DNA from: Myxococcales bacterium
Lineage (GTDB): Bacteria; Myxococcota_A; Polyangia; Haliangiales; Haliangiaceae
DNA: 45,090 nt
Assembly: GCA_016794525.1 (NCBI GenBank)
Contig: JAEUJY010000077.1
Location: forward strand, 1-45,090
Direction of reading: 5' to 3'
How positions within the stretch are numbered: the first letter of the stretch is position 1; every line of letters begins with the position of its first letter. The notes beneath the pieces are model-generated. The model was not told the DNA's origin, ran no database searches, and was given only the letters and a program-made list of their open reading frames with translations. Both the position numbers and the translations under genes were made by a program. Below, piece after piece: positions 41,738 to 45,090 of this stretch.

Positions 41738-42972
41738 TCCGCCGCGCGCTGATCGCGACGCTGGCGTTGGCCACCACCGCGCAGGCCGGGCCGTACCGCT
41801 GGCCCACGTCGCCGGCCGGCGTCAACGCGCACCTCGATCACGGCAACCTCACCGACTACGCCTGCGGCAACAACACGTACAGCGGCCACCGCGGCACCGA
41901 CATCGGCGTCGGGCGCAACACGCAGGTGGTCGCGGCTGCGGGCGGCACCGTCAAGCACCGCACCGACGGCTTCGGCGACGGCTTCATCGGCTCGACCGAC
42001 GGCGGCGGCTTCGGCAACGCGGTCGCGCTGTACCACGGCGCCGGCGAGGAGACGATCTACGGCCACATGACCGCGGGCACCGGCATCCCGGCGCTGGGCG
42101 CGGTGATCGCGTGCAGCGATCCGATCGGCCGCTCGGGCACGTCGGGCAACTCCAGCGGACCGCACCTGCACTTCGAGACCCGGGTCGCGGTCAGCGAGAC
42201 CGGCTCGTACTACTCGGGGCAGGCCGAGGATCCGTACGCCGGGCCGTGCAGCGTCGCGGTCAGCGCATGGACGAACCAGAACGGCGGCGCGCCCACCGCG
42301 ACCTGCGCCGGCGGCTCGACGCTGATCGACGACGCGGCGTTCGTCGCCGACGTGACGATCCCCGACGGCACCGAGGTCGTGGCCGGCGTGCCGTTCGTGA
42401 AGACGTGGCGGCTGCGCAACCGCGGCACGTCGACCTGGGGCGCCGGCTACCAGCTGGCCCACCTCGACGGCCCCGACTTCGGCGCGGCGGCGATCGCCGC
42501 GAGCGCGGCGCCCGGCGCCGAGGTCGAGCTGACCGCGACGATGACCGCGACCGGCAGCGGCGTCGTGCGGTCGCGGTGGCGGATGACCCACGACGGCACC
42601 GGCTTCGGCGAGATCGTCTGGGTCGAGGTGGACGTCGTCGCGGCGCCGTCGACCGACGCCGACGGCGACGGCGTCGGCCCCGGCCAGGACTGCGACGACG
42701 CCGATCCGGCGACCCACCCCGGCGCGGTCGAGGACTGCGACGGCGTCGATCGCGACTGCGACGGCGCCAGCGACGACGGCCTGACCCGCGCCTGCTGCGA
42801 CACCGGCCTCGAGACCTGCAGCGGCGGCGCCTGGGGCGCGTGCTCGGTCGAGTGCGCGCCGGTCGACGGCGACGAGGGCGGCTGCTGCCAGACCGGCGGC
42901 GACGGCGTCGGCGCCGCAGGCCTCGGCGGCCTGGCGCTGGCCGCGCTGGTGGCGCGCCGGCGGCGGCGCTGA
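41734..42972 (+). CDS. M23 family metallopeptidase with an NBR1-like/Ig-like domain and a MYXO-CTERM-type C-terminal sorting signal
   Basis: Signal peptide IRRALIATLALATTAQA. M23 motifs HRGTDIG and GPHLHFE. Cys-rich Asp-rich region. C-terminus GCCQTGGDGVGAAGLGGLALAALVARRRRR. Confidence 0.75.
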   Translation: MIRRALIATLALATTAQAGPYRWPTSPAGVNAHLDHGNLTDYACGNNTYSGHRGTDIGVGRNTQVVAAAGGTVKHRTDGFGDGFIGSTDGGGFGNAVALYHGAGEETIYGHMTAGTGIPALGAVIACSDPIGRSGTSGNSSGPHLHFETRVAVSETGSYYSGQAEDPYAGPCSVAVSAWTNQNGGAPTATCAGGSTLIDDAAFVADVTIPDGTEVVAGVPFVKTWRLRNRGTSTWGAGYQLAHLDGPDFGAAAIAASAAPGAEVELTATMTATGSGVVRSRWRMTHDGTGFGEIVWVEVDVVAAPSTDADGDGVGPGQDCDDADPATHPGAVEDCDGVDRDCDGASDDGLTRACCDTGLETCSGGAWGACSVECAPVDGDEGGCCQTGGDGVGAAGLGGLALAALVARRRRR

Positions 42973-42976
42973 CCGC

Positions 42977-44764
42977 TCACCCGCCCGAGTCGGTGACCGC
43001 TTCGAGCGGCTCGCCCGGGCACGCGGCCGGCAGCGTCACGCGCAGCAGCACGCCGCGCCACTCGGTGTTGGCGCCGGACACGACGAGCTGCCGCCCGTCG
43101 GCGGCGGTGGTGAGCGCCAGGCCGGCGAGCGGGAAGTCGAGACCGTAGGTCCCGCCAAAGCTCGACGAGATGAACAGCGCACCGCACATCTCGGTCGCGA
43201 TCGCGTACGCGCCTTGATCGACGTCGTGCTCGCCGATGTAGTGGTGGACCAGGATGACCACGTCGCGATCGCCGACCCGCTCGCGCCGACCGATGCGCGT
43301 GCCGGCCCACATGCAGTCGGTGAAGTTGTAGTCGGTCTCGCCCTGCGACGCCTCGCCGCGATCGATGCGATCCTGGAGCTCGTCGAGAGCGTCCTGGCCC
43401 GCGCGCTTGGCGGCGGCGTCGCACGCGCCGCTGCACTCGCCCTCGAAGCGCTCGGTCGCGATCGGGCGACCGCCGATGGTGAGCCGCAGCTCGGCCTCGA
43501 TCCCCGCGCACGCGCGAAGCCCGCGGGGGTGCAGGTCGCGCGCGCTCAGCGCCGCGCCCGCGGTCGGCGGGGCCGGCGGGGCGCTGAGCACGATCGGCGG
43601 TGGCACACCCGCGCACGCGCGCTCGGCCAGCTGCGTCTCGATCGCCGGGTCGCCGCCCTCGGCGGCGTGGCGCACCCACAGCCGCGCCAGCTGGGTGCGC
43701 GCCATGATGTCCTTCGGGCGCACGGCCGCGATCGCGTCGGCGATCGGCGCGCGGTACAGGAGCTCCAGCCAGGTGCGCCACGCGGGCGACACCAGCCGGG
43801 CGAGCTGATCGGCGGTGGCGTCGTCGCGCGCGGCGAGGGCGTCGGCGTAGACGGCCTCGGCCCACCCACGCGCCTCGGCGGTGATCCGCTGCCGCAGCGC
43901 GACGCGCAGCGGTGCCAGCGCCGCGACCTGATCGTGACTGCGCGCCAGCCGGAGCAGGCGCCCGAGGTCCAGGTGCAGCGTGGTCCCCGCGGGCGTGGCG
44001 TCCAGCGCCGCCACCAGCGCGGCGACGGCCGCGGGCACGTCGACCTCGCGCATCAGCGCGACCTCGAGCCAGGCGCCGCGCAGCGCCACGCGAACGGCGG
44101 GCAGCGCCGCATCGACCAGCGCCTGGGCCCGATCGGCGCGCCCCAGCGCCACCAGGGCCTGCGCGCGACCTTCGACGTAGGTGCTCTCGGTGAACGGCGC
44201 TGCCTCGGTCGCGGGCCGATCGTAGCGCGCGGCCGCCCCCGCGACGTCGCCGCTGATCGCCTGGTCGCGGATCGCCGCGAAGTCGACGTACCAGTTCGGC
44301 TCGGGCAGCGTCGCGCCGACCAGCGCGCGCGCCTGATCGGAGATCAGGTTGCGCGGTAGATCGATCTGGCTGAAGGCCGCCACCGCGGGCCGGAGCCCCG
44401 CGCGGTCATCGATCGCGTAGTGCAGCGCGATCGCCTTGGCCCACGCCGCCTGGGTGGGGCCGTCGCCGTCGTCGCGCGCGTCGTCGACCAGCACGCGCGT
44501 GATGACCGCGGCCAGCGCCGGCGTGAGGTCGGGCGTGTAGTCATCGAGCACGTCGCGTCCGGCCAGGAGGCAGCGCAGGCTGCGCGAGCGCGCCAGCAGG
44601 TCGGCCTGCGCCCTGGTCGGATCCGGTGCGTGCAGCCACGCGTCGCCGCGCACCACGGCCATCGCCGCGTCGGGCGGCGCGGTCGCGGGGCCGGGCTCGG
44701 CCTTGCGGCCGCGACCACAGCTGGCCACGGCCACCGCGACGACGACCCACCTGTTCGGCGGCAT
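42977..44764 (-). CDS. Large hypothetical lipoprotein
   Basis: Start MPPNRWVVVAVAVASCG. 596 aa with a helical N-terminal two-thirds and a C-terminal Cys-containing domain (ECSGACD, FTDCMWAG). Confidence 0.55.
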   Translation of the reverse strand: MPPNRWVVVAVAVASCGRGRKAEPGPATAPPDAAMAVVRGDAWLHAPDPTRAQADLLARSRSLRCLLAGRDVLDDYTPDLTPALAAVITRVLVDDARDDGDGPTQAAWAKAIALHYAIDDRAGLRPAVAAFSQIDLPRNLISDQARALVGATLPEPNWYVDFAAIRDQAISGDVAGAAARYDRPATEAAPFTESTYVEGRAQALVALGRADRAQALVDAALPAVRVALRGAWLEVALMREVDVPAAVAALVAALDATPAGTTLHLDLGRLLRLARSHDQVAALAPLRVALRQRITAEARGWAEAVYADALAARDDATADQLARLVSPAWRTWLELLYRAPIADAIAAVRPKDIMARTQLARLWVRHAAEGGDPAIETQLAERACAGVPPPIVLSAPPAPPTAGAALSARDLHPRGLRACAGIEAELRLTIGGRPIATERFEGECSGACDAAAKRAGQDALDELQDRIDRGEASQGETDYNFTDCMWAGTRIGRRERVGDRDVVILVHHYIGEHDVDQGAYAIATEMCGALFISSSFGGTYGLDFPLAGLALTTAADGRQLVVSGANTEWRGVLLRVTLPAACPGEPLEAVTDSGG

Positions 44765-44841
44765 GCGGCGAGTGTAACGCGCGGACCGGTCGCGTCGTTC
44801 CGGCGTGGGGGGCCTGATAGGGTGCCGGCGTGACCCTCTCC

Positions 44842-45090
44842 ATGCGCGCATCCCTCGCGGCTCGCATCCGCGGCTTCTACGCGATCCTCGACGCCGACGA
44901 CGAGGCGCTGGCCGCCGCGCTGGTCGACCCCGCCGGCTGCGCCGCGCCGGTGCTGCAGGTCCGGCTCAAGCACGCCCGCCCCGCCGAGCTGCTGGCCGCG
45001 GCGCAGATGGCGCGCCGCGTGACCCGCGCGGCCGGCGCGCTGTTGATCGTCAACGACCGCCTCGACGTCGCGCTCGCGGCCGACGCCGAC
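44842..45090 (+). CDS. thiE: Thiamine-phosphate synthase, 5' part (runs off the window end)
   Basis: [11 protein letters not shown]...[47 protein letters not shown] matches the ThiE N-terminus (YAITD...VQLR.K...IND). Confidence 0.7.
   Translation, partial: MRASLAARIRGFYAILDADDEALAAALVDPAGCAAPVLQVRLKHARPAELLAAAQMARRVTRAAGALLIVNDRLDVALAADAD

Noticed and set aside
44765-44841. Possible TPP (THI-box) riboswitch in the 77-nt leader upstream of thiE.
   Set aside because: The leader is too short. It lacks the conserved CUGAGA core, having only CCTGATAGG. There is no clear P1-P5 architecture.

Overview
This is a 45 kb, very high-GC (roughly 70% or more) chromosomal segment that I infer to be myxobacterial (Myxococcota). 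The inference rests on a MYXO-CTERM-type C-terminal sorting tail on the M23 peptidase at 41734..42972, a eukaryotic-like Ser/Thr kinase, and a large number of predicted lipoproteins carrying L-A-(A/G)-C lipoboxes. Because of the GC content, every region carries long Arg/Ala/Gly-rich ORFs on both strands; I treated those as shadows and called only ORFs with protein-like composition and recognisable motifs.

Recognisable housekeeping genes are uvrB, an uppS-cdsA operon, a pspA-family gene, an ADP-forming acetyl-CoA synthetase, and a 5' fragment of thiE at the window end.

The accessory-looking content is:
- An ECF sigma factor followed by three tandem paralogous lipoprotein genes. Each sits behind the same 12-nt upstream motif at a fixed distance from its start codon, and the middle copy has an in-frame TGA at the lipobox Cys codon.
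- A three-gene operon made of a solute-binding-protein/vWA fusion, a TM coiled-coil protein and a stand-alone SBP paralog, with no ABC transporter nearby.
- A collagen-like lipoprotein divergent from a DUF1028 protein.
- An AgmX/PglI-like membrane protein next to a radical SAM enzyme.
- Two tandem small Cys-containing lipoprotein paralogs.
- A lipoprotein carrying a Lon (S16) protease domain.
- A ~275-bp AT-richer palindromic element with 23-bp perfect terminal inverted repeats. Its core motif recurs directly upstream of a neighbouring gene and supplies the 3' end of another.
- Head-to-head 5'-truncated remnants of an arylamine N-acetyltransferase and a signal peptidase I, which read as a deletion scar.
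- A TIGR02574-like antitoxin ORF with an in-frame amber codon and no partner toxin.

I have no tools. All motif and family assignments are from reading the translations and are unverified by search.
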